This document shows, piece by piece, positions 37,543-46,440 of a DNA stretch of 64,000 nucleotides (its first letter is position 1; each line of letters starts with the position of its first letter). A program made the position numbers and the translations under genes. Below the pieces are notes generated by a model. It was given only the letters and a program-made list of their open reading frames with translations, was not told the DNA's origin and searched no databases. This DNA comes from Anaerolineae bacterium (GTDB taxonomy: Bacteria > Chloroflexota > Anaerolineae > JACRMK01), in contig JBBPZQ010000021.1 in the NCBI GenBank assembly GCA_038198935.1, positions 289-64,288 of the forward strand. The letters run 5' to 3'.

Positions 37543-40410
37543 ATGAAAGAGACGTTCATCTCGAACGCCCCGTTGTTCTCATCGCTCTCGCTCGACGAGC
37601 AATCGTTGATCGGCGGTGCGATGAAAGCGCAGACCTTTGCCAATGGTGAACGACTGCTATTGCAAGGTCAGCCCGTGCAGCAGTTGTACCTTATCCAAGC
37701 AGGCTGGATCAAGCAGACGACTGCGCTGGATGGTGGTCGTACGCTCGTCAACAATCTCGGACCCGGCAGCCTCGTGGCCGAGATGGACGCACTCTTAGAT
37801 CAGCCTGCGACCAGCAGTGCCGAAGCGCATAGCGATGTGTCGCTTTGGGCACTCAGCAAGACCGACCTTGATGAAATCCTCGCACAGCACCCGCTCATTG
37901 CCTTGAAGTTCAGCACCGCACTCGGCACACGGCTCCAACAAGTGGATCGCTATCTGATCAATCAGCGTCTGCGCGCCGCCCCGCTCTTCGCCGAACTGGG
38001 CGACGACGAGTTGAGCGCGATTGCCGCAAAACTGTCGCCGCTCGAAGTGCGGCGCGGCGGCATGATCTTCCGCGCCGGCACTGCCAGCGATGCGCTGTTC
38101 CTGATCGAAGACGGCGATGTGCTGCTCAGCACCGCACGCATCGAAGGCAACGACACGCGCACACTTCACGCCGGCGAACTGCTGGGCGAGATGGCGGTGC
38201 TGACCAACAAGCCTTACGACGGCGCGGCACGCGCTTCGTCCGAGTGCGTGTTGTGGATGCTGCGCCGCGAAGACTTCGGCGCGCTTACCGAACAGTATCC
38301 AAAGATTCGCGCCGCGTTGAGTGCACGACTCTCGCAGCCGCTCGGTCAAACCGATCGCGCGCTGGCGCGGCAGCAACTCGCCAAACTTACGTTGTTCGCA
38401 GACCTACCCGCCGAAGTTGTGGATGGCGTGGCGAGCGTGATCGTGCTGCGCCATGTCCCGTCGGGCGAGAAAATCTTCAGCGCGGGCGACAGCGGCGACT
38501 CGCTCATCATCGTCGAGCAGGGCGAGGTGCAGCTCGTCGGCGATGCGAAACTGATGACCCTGCGCGCGGGCGACTACTACGGCGAGCAGAGCTTGCTCAC
38601 GGGCAAGACGCGCACCGAGAGCGCGCTCGCCGCGAGCGATTGCAACCTCTGGATTCTCTCGCGCAGCGATTACGATGAGCTGCTGGCACGCTTCCCCGCG
38701 CTCGGCACGGCGTTGAGCAAAGCCGTGAGCGCGCGACTGAGCGACGGCAGCAACTCCGCGTTCCTCCATCAGCAATTGAAACACATGCCGCTGTTCGCCA
38801 ACTTGGGCGAGGCGGAACTGCAAGAGATCGCGTGTGCGCTCTACGCGCAGACCTATCGGCGCGGCGAAGTCATCTTCGCCGAAGGGCAGCGCGCCGACGC
38901 CGCGTTCCTCATCGAATCCGGCGAAGTCCAGTTGGCGACGCGCGTTGGCGATTCGTATCAGATGCACTTCGAGCGCATGGGCGCGGGCGACTTCTTCGGC
39001 GAGATTGCATTGCTCGCGGAAGGCGCGCGCAAATCCACCGCGCGGTCCATCGGCGACGAGACGCAAGTGTGGGTGTTGTACAAGAGCGACTTTGATCGCA
39101 TCCTTGCCAAGTTCCCGCAGCTCGCGTCGCAGTTGAGCAAGGTGATGAGTGAGCGACTGGCGCGCGCCGATGAGCGTCCCGCCCCGCGACGGCAAGTCAC
39201 GCCGCCGAGCAATGGCGCACGCCCAATCGCGCCGCGTCCGGTCAGCGTCAGGGCTTCGACCACGCCAGCGGTGAAGCGACCTAGCGCGCAGCCAAATAGT
39301 GCGCGCCCGACGCCACTAACATTGAAGCCGACGAGTGAGCCGAAGCCCGCGCGTCCAGTCGCGGGACAGCGGCAGACAACAGCCGTGTCTGCGCGACCGC
39401 TTGCAGGGGGTGTGCCACAAGCGATGCCCGTGCCCGCACGGCCACAACCGCGCAGCATGTCTGAGCGCGCCGTGACCCCGCTGCTGGTTGCCGGTTCCTC
39501 AGCAGCGCGTGCCGTGGCACCCCGAGCCGCCGCATCGCGCACCGCGGTGGTCACGGCGAGCAGCCATCAGGCGCAGAGCAGTCCAGTCACGCTTGCCGTG
39601 TATAACAGCATGAACTGGATGAAGGCGCGTTCGCTCGGTTTCAAATTCCGCATGGTCGCGGTCACGATGTTGTTCGTGTGGCTATGCGGCATTACCGCGC
39701 CCGTCGCGGTGCTGTCCGCGCTCAACTCACCGCAATCGGCGAACGCGCTCTCCGTTGGAGGTCTGGCTGTCGTGCTCGGCGATGGCTCGTCAGCCAATCA
39801 AGCAAACGCGTTAGCCACCTTCACCGCCACACCGCCCGCCGCATCCGGTCAGCAGCGCAACGCGCCGCCCGTCAGCGCGACGAAGGCAGTAGCGCAAGTA
39901 GCCGGCAAGACGCCGACGAAAGTTGCGGCTCGACCTACGCAGGGATCACCGACGAACTCAGCGCAGACGCTCAATCCGGTTCCGGCGGACGTGCAGCAAC
40001 CGACCTCGACGCCGAGCGTGGATTACAAACTGGTGAAGGTGCGCCAGCTCACGCCGTGCGAGAACAACGGCAACCATCACATCTTCGCGCTCGTGCTCGA
40101 CAAAGATGGCAAGGGCATTCCGAACGTAGATGTCGAGTTCATTTGGGACAGCGGCTCGTTCAAGGATCGCACAGGGCAGAAGGTCGAATACATTCCCGCG
40201 CTCGGCATCACGAATCAAACCACCACTGGCTACGTCAACTGGCCCATCTACAAGGGCCGCACGCGCGTGCGTGTTTCAAACAGCGCGAGCGATATGACCG
40301 ATTGGCTGCGCGTGGACTTGCCCGACCAGCGCTGCGACGCGAACGACAACCCGATCGGCAACTCGCTGTTCCATTATTCGTATCTGGTTGTATTCCAAAA
40401 GGTACGCTGA
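37543..40410 (+). CDS. paralog 4: four cNMP-binding domains, low-complexity linker, TM helix, PT linker, orphan C-terminal domain
   Basis: 955 aa. Four CAP_ED-like units, each opening (A/M/T)(P/L)LF(S/A)(S/E/D/N)L and containing G(E/D)..GE(M/Q/I). TM is FRMVAVTMLFVWLCGITAPVAVLSAL. C-terminus VDYKLVKVRQLTPCENNGNHHIF...TGQKVEYIP...NSLFHYSYLVVFQKVR. Confidence 0.85.
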   Translation: MKETFISNAPLFSSLSLDEQSLIGGAMKAQTFANGERLLLQGQPVQQLYLIQAGWIKQTTALDGGRTLVNNLGPGSLVAEMDALLDQPATSSAEAHSDVSLWALSKTDLDEILAQHPLIALKFSTALGTRLQQVDRYLINQRLRAAPLFAELGDDELSAIAAKLSPLEVRRGGMIFRAGTASDALFLIEDGDVLLSTARIEGNDTRTLHAGELLGEMAVLTNKPYDGAARASSECVLWMLRREDFGALTEQYPKIRAALSARLSQPLGQTDRALARQQLAKLTLFADLPAEVVDGVASVIVLRHVPSGEKIFSAGDSGDSLIIVEQGEVQLVGDAKLMTLRAGDYYGEQSLLTGKTRTESALAASDCNLWILSRSDYDELLARFPALGTALSKAVSARLSDGSNSAFLHQQLKHMPLFANLGEAELQEIACALYAQTYRRGEVIFAEGQRADAAFLIESGEVQLATRVGDSYQMHFERMGAGDFFGEIALLAEGARKSTARSIGDETQVWVLYKSDFDRILAKFPQLASQLSKVMSERLARADERPAPRRQVTPPSNGARPIAPRPVSVRASTTPAVKRPSAQPNSARPTPLTLKPTSEPKPARPVAGQRQTTAVSARPLAGGVPQAMPVPARPQPRSMSERAVTPLLVAGSSAARAVAPRAAASRTAVVTASSHQAQSSPVTLAVYNSMNWMKARSLGFKFRMVAVTMLFVWLCGITAPVAVLSALNSPQSANALSVGGLAVVLGDGSSANQANALATFTATPPAASGQQRNAPPVSATKAVAQVAGKTPTKVAARPTQGSPTNSAQTLNPVPADVQQPTSTPSVDYKLVKVRQLTPCENNGNHHIFALVLDKDGKGIPNVDVEFIWDSGSFKDRTGQKVEYIPALGITNQTTTGYVNWPIYKGRTRVRVSNSASDMTDWLRVDLPDQRCDANDNPIGNSLFHYSYLVVFQKVR
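40015..40407 (+). other. orphan C-terminal domain, copy 4
   Basis: Shares exact nucleotide runs with copy 1, for example cacagggcagaaggtcgaatacattcc and aactcgctgttccattattc. Confidence 0.7.
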
Positions 40411-40421
40411 AGCAGAACGTG

Positions 40422-40457
40422 AAAAAAGCGGCGGAGAAAATTCTCCGCCGCTTTTTT
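40422..40457. terminator. bidirectional rho-independent terminator
   Basis: AAAAAA-gcggcggaga-(loop)-tctccgccgc-TTTTTT between convergent genes. Confidence 0.85.
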
Positions 40458-40466
40458 ATTTCTCCG

Positions 40467-40501
40467 TCTGACGACTAATTACTGACGACTGCCCACTGCC
40501 T
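40467..40501. repeat. tandem heptamer array (ACTGNCN units) overlapping the lysA 3' end
   Basis: tctgacg actaatt actgacg actgccc actgcct. The last six codons and the stop of lysA lie inside it. Confidence 0.6.
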
Positions 40502-41735
40502 CCCGCTCCGCCATCTGCTCATATGTCTCACGTTGAGTGACGACGCGCCACTGATCACCCTGCACCACGACTTCGGCAGGCAGCGGCTGCTGGTTGTAGC
40601 GCGATGCCATGCTGAAACCATATGCGCCCGCGTCCATGATCGCCACCAAGTCGCCGCGTTTCAATAGGGGCAACTCGCGATCTTTGCCCAGCACGTCCGC
40701 GCTCTCGCAAATCGGACCCACCACGTCCATCGGTAGGGGCGCAATGAATTGCGCCCCTACACTGATCGCCCGAATCTCGTGATATGCACCGTACAGCGAC
40801 GGACGCATCAGTACGTTCATGCCCGCATCGAGCACCAGAAAGTTTTTCGTCGGCGTGCGTTTTAGATGGACAACGCTCGCGACCAACGTGCCCGCCGATG
40901 CGACGATGCTACGGCCGGGTTCCAGCACCAGCTGCGCCTGGAGAGACGTTGCACGCAACGTCTCTACTACAACTTCCGCCCACTCGCGCGGCGTGAGCGG
41001 GCTCTCGTCGCGATAGGTGATGCCGAGTCCACCGCCGAGATTGACGAGCGAGAGCACGATGCCGTCGTCGCGCAAGCTCATCACGAAATTGCATACCGAC
41101 TGCGCCGCCTCGCGCAACGGGCCCGCTTGGGTGATCTGCGAGCCGATGTGGCAGTGCACGCCGACGATTTGCAACTCGCCATGCTCGCGCGCGGCGACAT
41201 ACAATTCCTCCGCCTCGCCAATCGGCACGCCGAACTTCGACTTCTTCAAACCTGTGCTGATGTACGGATGCGTCTGCGGGTCAATGTCGGGATTGACGCG
41301 GAACGAGATGCGCGCGGTTTTGTTTTGCGCTCGCGCGACTTCCGCGACAAGTTCCAGTTCCTCCGCGCTGTCCACGTTAATGCACAGCACATCACTCTCA
41401 ATCGCATAGGCGATCTCGGCCGCGGACTTGCCGTTGCCATTGAACACGATCTGGCTCGGCGGCGTGCCGACTTTCAGCGCGCGCCACAACTCGCCGCCGC
41501 TCACCACGTCCGCGCCAATGCCCAACGAGACGAGATGGCGAAGAATGGTCAGATTCGCATTCGCCTTGTACGCATACGCGATCAGCGCATTCGGAAACGC
41601 ATCACGGTACGCGCGCGCGCGCCGCTCGATCTCGTCGAGCGAATAGACGTAGAACGGCGTGCCCACCTCGCGCGCGATGGCCGAAAGCGGAACGGATTCG
41701 CAGAAGAGTTCGTCAGCCTGATCGTGGAAATTCAT
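40479..41735 (-). CDS. lysA: diaminopimelate decarboxylase
   Basis: PLP-binding YAYKANAN, HCHIGSQ and GGGLGI motifs. 418 aa. Confidence 0.92.
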   Translation of the reverse strand: MNFHDQADELFCESVPLSAIAREVGTPFYVYSLDEIERRARAYRDAFPNALIAYAYKANANLTILRHLVSLGIGADVVSGGELWRALKVGTPPSQIVFNGNGKSAAEIAYAIESDVLCINVDSAEELELVAEVARAQNKTARISFRVNPDIDPQTHPYISTGLKKSKFGVPIGEAEELYVAAREHGELQIVGVHCHIGSQITQAGPLREAAQSVCNFVMSLRDDGIVLSLVNLGGGLGITYRDESPLTPREWAEVVVETLRATSLQAQLVLEPGRSIVASAGTLVASVVHLKRTPTKNFLVLDAGMNVLMRPSLYGAYHEIRAISVGAQFIAPLPMDVVGPICESADVLGKDRELPLLKRGDLVAIMDAGAYGFSMASRYNQQPLPAEVVVQGDQWRVVTQRETYEQMAEREAVGSRQ

Positions 41736-42397
41736 GGGCGCGTCGTAGCAGTATTTTGCACCAAGAGTTTGCCCAACCGCTTTTCTTTTTCGATGCGGTC
41801 ACGAATCGCGATTGGCGCAGCAAGATGACGACGGATCGTTGTCTCATTCAGATCAGGAGCATAGAAGTCCCGGTAGAGTTCGATGGCTGCCAGAGGTTCA
41901 CCTTGGTAATGTTCGAGCATCACCGCATCGCCAATCTGAACATATCCCTCTGCAAGGACTCGGCAGTACAGTCCCGGACGCTCCGCTTCGCGAAAATGTT
42001 TGAGAAACGCCGGGTCGCCCATCCGTGCCGCAAGTGTCCTGCACGGAATACGCGGCGCCGTTACTTCCAAAATCACGGAGCCGATGTGCAAGCGATCGCC
42101 GATGAGCCTTTCAGCACTTTCCAATTCTGTGATCGTCAAATTTTCGCCAAAGGTGCCTGGCGTTAGCGCGCGCCCCAAAGCTCGTGACCACCACGCGTAG
42201 TCCGGAGCGCCATAGACATACACAGCCTGATCGGGGCCGCCATGATTTTCAATGTCGCAGACCGCATCGCCGTTGAGTCCATGCTGCGTAACCTGAACTG
42301 GTACGCTCACGGGAATTTTGTAGATACCCGTCTTACCTGACGACTTGGCGTTCTGAATCGTCCGCTCCTGACCAAGATTGACGCTGGAAAGTTGCAT
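41732..42397 (-). CDS. MOSC domain-containing protein
   Basis: GENLTITEL...GSVILEVTAPRIPCRTLAARMGDPAFLKHF...PGLYCRVLAEG. The stop overlaps the lysA start. Confidence 0.8.
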   Translation of the reverse strand: MQLSSVNLGQERTIQNAKSSGKTGIYKIPVSVPVQVTQHGLNGDAVCDIENHGGPDQAVYVYGAPDYAWWSRALGRALTPGTFGENLTITELESAERLIGDRLHIGSVILEVTAPRIPCRTLAARMGDPAFLKHFREAERPGLYCRVLAEGYVQIGDAVMLEHYQGEPLAAIELYRDFYAPDLNETTIRRHLAAPIAIRDRIEKEKRLGKLLVQNTATTRP

Positions 42398-42569
42398 TTC
42401 AATTTCTGCCTCTCAAGTTCGTTCGCTGAAGAAGATGGTTCAGTCTGCGAAGCGTTCAACGAGCGTGGGAGTCACGCCTGCAACCTCACCCTGCCGAATG
42501 CCACACTACGCTTTCAAGTGCGCAAGCAGCGCCTGCACTAACCTACCCTTAAAAATGTCGCGCGCCCAC

Positions 42570-43178
42570 TCACGCGCGATACAATCCTTGCTCGGTGATG
42601 AACTCGCGCACGGCGTCGGGCACGAGGTAGCGGATGCTCTGCCCGTGCCGAACGCGCTGCTGCAAATCGCTCGCGGCGATGGCTAACTCCGGCATCTCGA
42701 CGAAGGTGAGCCGCTGCGACAGTGCGGGCAACTTGTGCAGCAGTGCAAGCATGTGTCCCACATCCATCTGGAACCCTGGCCGCGCGCACACAACCAGTTG
42801 TGCGAGATGCACAATCTCGTCCGCGCTGTGCCAGTTACCGAGATCGTGCAGGGAGTCAAGTCCCATAATGAAGAACAATTCGCCTTCGGGATTTTGCTCA
42901 CGCAGCAAGCGCAGCGTCTCGAACGTGTACGAAGGCGGCACGCGATCCACGTCCACGCGCGAGAGTTGGAAGTGCGGATTGTCGGCGATGGCGCGCTGCA
43001 CCATCTCGACGCGCTGCTCGGTCGTGCTCATTTCTTTCGTCATCTTCCACGGCGAGCGATTGGTCGGCACGAACAATACGCAGTCGAGCGATAACGTGAC
43101 GCGCGCCATCTCCGCCGCCGTCAAGTGACCGACGTGCGGCGGATCAAACGTGCCGCCCATAATGCCGATGCGACGCAT
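42570..43178 (-). CDS. nadD: nicotinate-nucleotide adenylyltransferase
   Basis: IGIMGGTFDPPHVGHL (HxGH motif). 202 aa. Confidence 0.9.
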   Translation of the reverse strand: MRRIGIMGGTFDPPHVGHLTAAEMARVTLSLDCVLFVPTNRSPWKMTKEMSTTEQRVEMVQRAIADNPHFQLSRVDVDRVPPSYTFETLRLLREQNPEGELFFIMGLDSLHDLGNWHSADEIVHLAQLVVCARPGFQMDVGHMLALLHKLPALSQRLTFVEMPELAIAASDLQQRVRHGQSIRYLVPDAVREFITEQGLYRA

Positions 43179-43180
43179 TG

Positions 43181-43250
43181 CAGTCCTGAGTGCTGAGTGC
43201 TGAGTCTTGAGTTGAGTTTTGTACTCAGCACTCAGGACTCAGCACTCAGG
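43181..43250. repeat. heptamer-built hairpin (GAGTNNN x4 / ACTCAGN x4)
   Basis: cagtcct gagtgct gagtgct gagtctt gagttga gttttgt actcagc actcagg actcagc actcagg. It fills the obg-nadD spacer. Confidence 0.9.
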
Positions 43251-43253
43251 ATT

Positions 43254-44516
43254 TCACTCTGCCCACTCCAATTCGCCATCGCCGATATGAACCATGTCGC
43301 CTTCGTGCACGCCGGCTTCGCGCAGCGCAGCGAACACGCCCATCTGCTTGAGGATGCGCTGCAAACGTTCGACGGATTCGGGTTCGTTCCAATACGTCAT
43401 CGCCATCAGCCGCTCGGCTTTTTTGCCGCGCACGCGCCAGCCATCGTGCGCGCGCTCGACCGTGAACACCTCTTCCGGCAGTTCGGGACGGAGCACGGGC
43501 AACTCCTCCGTGTGCTCAATGGGCAATGTGGCTAAGGTTTCGGCAATGGTTTGCAGCAGCTCGCGCACGCCTTTGCTCGTCGCCGCCGAAATGGCTAGCA
43601 CGGGGATGTTCTTGTTTTCCAACGTGCGCTCCACACGCTGCCACGCTTTGCGCGCCGACGGCAAATCCATTTTGTTCAGCACGACGATCTGCGGTTTGCG
43701 TGCCAGCGCAGGACTGAAGGCTTCGAGTTCAGCGTTGATCGTTTTGAAGTCGCGCAGTGGATTCTCGGATGCGCCGTCCAGCAGATGCACTAGCAAGCGC
43801 GTGCGCTCGACGTGGCGCAGAAACTTGTCACCGAGTCCTTGCCCTTCATGTGCGCCTTCGATCAGGCCGGGAATATCCGCAACGACGAACGACGTTTTGT
43901 CGTCGAGTTGCACGACGCCCAGATTCGGCGCGAGCGTCGTGAACGGATAATCGGCGATTTTCGGGTGCGCGTTGGAGATGACGGAGAGCAGCGTGGACTT
44001 ACCGGCATTCGGCATGCCGACCAGACCGACATCCGCGATCAACTTCAATTGCAATTGCAGCGCGCGTTCCTCGCCGGGCGCACCGTGTTCGGCAATACGC
44101 GGCGCTTGGTTGGTAGGTTTGGCAAAGGCTGAGTTACCGCGTCCGCCGCGTCCGCCGCGCGCAGCCAGAAATTCTTGTCCTTCGTCCACGAGATCAGCCA
44201 ATAGTTCGCCGTTCTTGGGATCGCGCACCATTGTGCCGAGCGGCACCAGCAAGTGCAAGTCCGCGCCGTCTTTACCGTGCTTGTTGCGGCCCGCACCGTT
44301 GCCGCCTGCCGCCGCTTTGTAGTGCGCATTGCGCTGGAACGTCGTGAACGTGTTCAGGCTCTTGTCGGCCACCAGCAGCACGTCTCCGCCGCGCCCGCCG
44401 TGTCCGCCGTCGGGTCCGCCGAGTGGAATATATTTCTCGCGGCGGAACGAGACGACGCCATCGCCGCCGTCGCCCGCTTTGAGGTGAATTGTTACTTCGT
44501 CGAGGAAATCAGGCAT
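43254..44516 (-). CDS. obg: GTPase Obg/CgtA
   Basis: Gly-rich Obg fold (GGDGGDG..., GGRGGRG). G1 is GMPNAGKST and G3 is DIPGLIEGA. C-terminal OCT domain. Confidence 0.93.
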   Translation of the reverse strand: MPDFLDEVTIHLKAGDGGDGVVSFRREKYIPLGGPDGGHGGRGGDVLLVADKSLNTFTTFQRNAHYKAAAGGNGAGRNKHGKDGADLHLLVPLGTMVRDPKNGELLADLVDEGQEFLAARGGRGGRGNSAFAKPTNQAPRIAEHGAPGEERALQLQLKLIADVGLVGMPNAGKSTLLSVISNAHPKIADYPFTTLAPNLGVVQLDDKTSFVVADIPGLIEGAHEGQGLGDKFLRHVERTRLLVHLLDGASENPLRDFKTINAELEAFSPALARKPQIVVLNKMDLPSARKAWQRVERTLENKNIPVLAISAATSKGVRELLQTIAETLATLPIEHTEELPVLRPELPEEVFTVERAHDGWRVRGKKAERLMAMTYWNEPESVERLQRILKQMGVFAALREAGVHEGDMVHIGDGELEWAE

Positions 44517-44530
44517 AGCATGTGTTTTTT

Positions 44531-44714
44531 AGTCGTTCGTCGTTCGTCATTGGTCATTAGTGCATCTTTAACATGGTTGTTGTGATTAAAGGTAGCAGGG
44601 CAGCCGTGCGGCCCGTATCCGCCCAGCACAGCTGGGCTACTACCCGATGCACAATGAGTTTGTTAAACATGCATTAAGCAATTGACAAACGACTAATGAG
44701 CAACGACTAACGAC
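44531..44714. repeat. composite long hairpin: heptamer arms (44531-44572 / 44662-44714) around a ~90-nt loop containing a GC-rich structured core
   Basis: Left arm agtcgtt cgtcgtt cgtcatt ggtcatt ag-tgcatctttaac. Right arm gttaaacatgcatta ... aattgac aaacgac taatgag caacgac taacgac. The loop holds ggtag...cccagcacagctggg...ctacc. Confidence 0.6.
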
Positions 44715-44785
44715 TACGTTACTGTAAATCAAAATACCTGTCAATGCGTTTGGTGCTTGTGTGTGATTGTGCTAAACTTTTTTTC

Positions 44786-45442
44786 ATGCAGAGACGGAAC
44801 GGCTCAAGCCTTAGCACTGCGAACGACATTCCCGACATTGCGATTCAGCGCCTGCCCTTGTACCTGCGCGCACTCTCGCAGTTGCACGAGCATGGACAGC
44901 GTATCACGTCGTCGCAAGAATTGGCGCGCCACTTGCACATCAGCTCGGCGCAGATACGCAAAGACCTTTCGTACTTCGGCGAGTTCGGCAAGCAGGGTAC
45001 GGGCTACGAGATTCCCTATCTCATCGAGCAACTCAAAGACATTTTGCATCTGTATCACGACTGGGGCATGGCGCTCGTCGGCGCGGGCGATCTCGGTCAT
45101 GCGCTCGTGCATTACAACGGCTTTCGCTCGCGCGGCTTCGTCGTCGCTGCGGTGTTCGACAATAACCCCGCAAAAGTGGGCCAGCACATCGGCGAGCTCA
45201 CCATTCAGGACAGCACGCGCATTCCGAAAGCAGTGTCGGAAATGGGCTTGAAGATTGGCGTGATCGCGGTGCCGCCTGCCAATGCGCAAGCCGTCGCCGA
45301 AGCATTGGTCAAGGGCGGCGTGCGCGCATTGCTAAACTATGCACCGATCACGTTGAGTTTATCCGACGACATTCACATCCACTACATTGATCCCGTGATT
45401 GGTTTGCAGGCGATGACGTACTACTTGAATCAGAAACGTTAG
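44786..45442 (+). CDS. rex: redox-sensing transcriptional repressor Rex
   Basis: IAIQRLPLYLRAL winged-helix region and Rossmann motif LVGAGDLGHAL. Start moved to ATG 44786. Confidence 0.88.
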   Translation: MQRRNGSSLSTANDIPDIAIQRLPLYLRALSQLHEHGQRITSSQELARHLHISSAQIRKDLSYFGEFGKQGTGYEIPYLIEQLKDILHLYHDWGMALVGAGDLGHALVHYNGFRSRGFVVAAVFDNNPAKVGQHIGELTIQDSTRIPKAVSEMGLKIGVIAVPPANAQAVAEALVKGGVRALLNYAPITLSLSDDIHIHYIDPVIGLQAMTYYLNQKR

Positions 45443-45600
45443 TGACAATCGCATTCACTTGATGGACGGGTCAACTCACAGTTGACCCGTCTTTGTTTAT
45501 CGAGTGATTTCATTGCCAAAGTTTTCTTGCGGCGAATTACACGAGTTCACACGAATAACAATCTCAAAATTCGTGAGCATTCGTGTAATTGGTGGCAAAG

Positions 45601-46440
45601 ATGGAGATAGTCGGCGTGACATACGACCTCGCAATTGACTTCGGCGGCTCGACCACCAAACTGATTGTCGCGCGCGAGCAGCGCATCGTTCAGCGCAAAG
45701 TGATTACGACCGTCGCGCGGCCAGACCCACAGACGGTGCAGCAATTGATTGCCGACGCCGGCTTGAGCATTGCAGACGTCGCGACGCTCTTCGTCACCGG
45801 CGGTCTCAGCCGTCATCTGCCCAAGACGCTAGACGACATCCGGTTTACATATGTCGGCGAAGTCGAAGCGATTGGGCGCGGCGGCTTGCGGGCAGCGGGT
45901 GTGAGCGAAGCACTGGTCGTGAGTTTGGGCACCGGCACAGCAATGGTCTTGTCGCGCGGCGATACGTTTCAGCACATGGGCGGCAGCGCAGTTGGCGGCG
46001 GCACGCTGATCGGACTCGGACGATTGCTGTTGAACACGAGCGACGCACGCGAGATCGCGCAACTCGCATCACACGGCGATCTCGCGCGCGTTGACCTCAC
46101 CGTCGGCGACATCATCGGCGGTCCCATCGGGCGCGTACCCGCCGAATTCGCCGCCGCACACTTCGGCAAATTAATGCGCGCCGATGCAGCGCCCTCGCGT
46201 GAGGACATCGCGGCGGGCTTGTGCAACCTGATTGGCCAAGCAATTGCGACGACGGTGCTACCGACCGCGACGACCACACAACAGTCTGCCATCGTGCTGA
46301 CCGGACATCTGATTGAAGCGCCTGCCGTGCGCGCCGCTCTCGAAGCAGTGGACGCACTCGGCGCTGGCAACCGCTTCCGCGTGCCGCCGCTGCCCGGCTT
46401 CGCGACGGCGCTTGGCGCGTTCAGTTACAAGCCACAATAG
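45601..46440 (+). CDS. coaW: type II pantothenate kinase
   Basis: Collinear with staphylococcal-type PanK: IDFGGSTTKL, VSLGTGTAM, GGSAVGGGTLIGLGRLLL, HGDLARVDLTVGDI. Confidence 0.75.
   Translation: MEIVGVTYDLAIDFGGSTTKLIVAREQRIVQRKVITTVARPDPQTVQQLIADAGLSIADVATLFVTGGLSRHLPKTLDDIRFTYVGEVEAIGRGGLRAAGVSEALVVSLGTGTAMVLSRGDTFQHMGGSAVGGGTLIGLGRLLLNTSDAREIAQLASHGDLARVDLTVGDIIGGPIGRVPAEFAAAHFGKLMRADAAPSREDIAAGLCNLIGQAIATTVLPTATTTQQSAIVLTGHLIEAPAVRAALEAVDALGAGNRFRVPPLPGFATALGAFSYKPQ

Noticed and set aside
44570-44785. Rex operator upstream of rex (ttgttgtgattaaagg at ~44576 and cttgtgtgtgattgtgctaaac at ~44756).
   Set aside because: Both contain a TGTGA half-site, but neither has the matching TCACA half at the expected spacing. 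I cannot support a palindromic Rex box.
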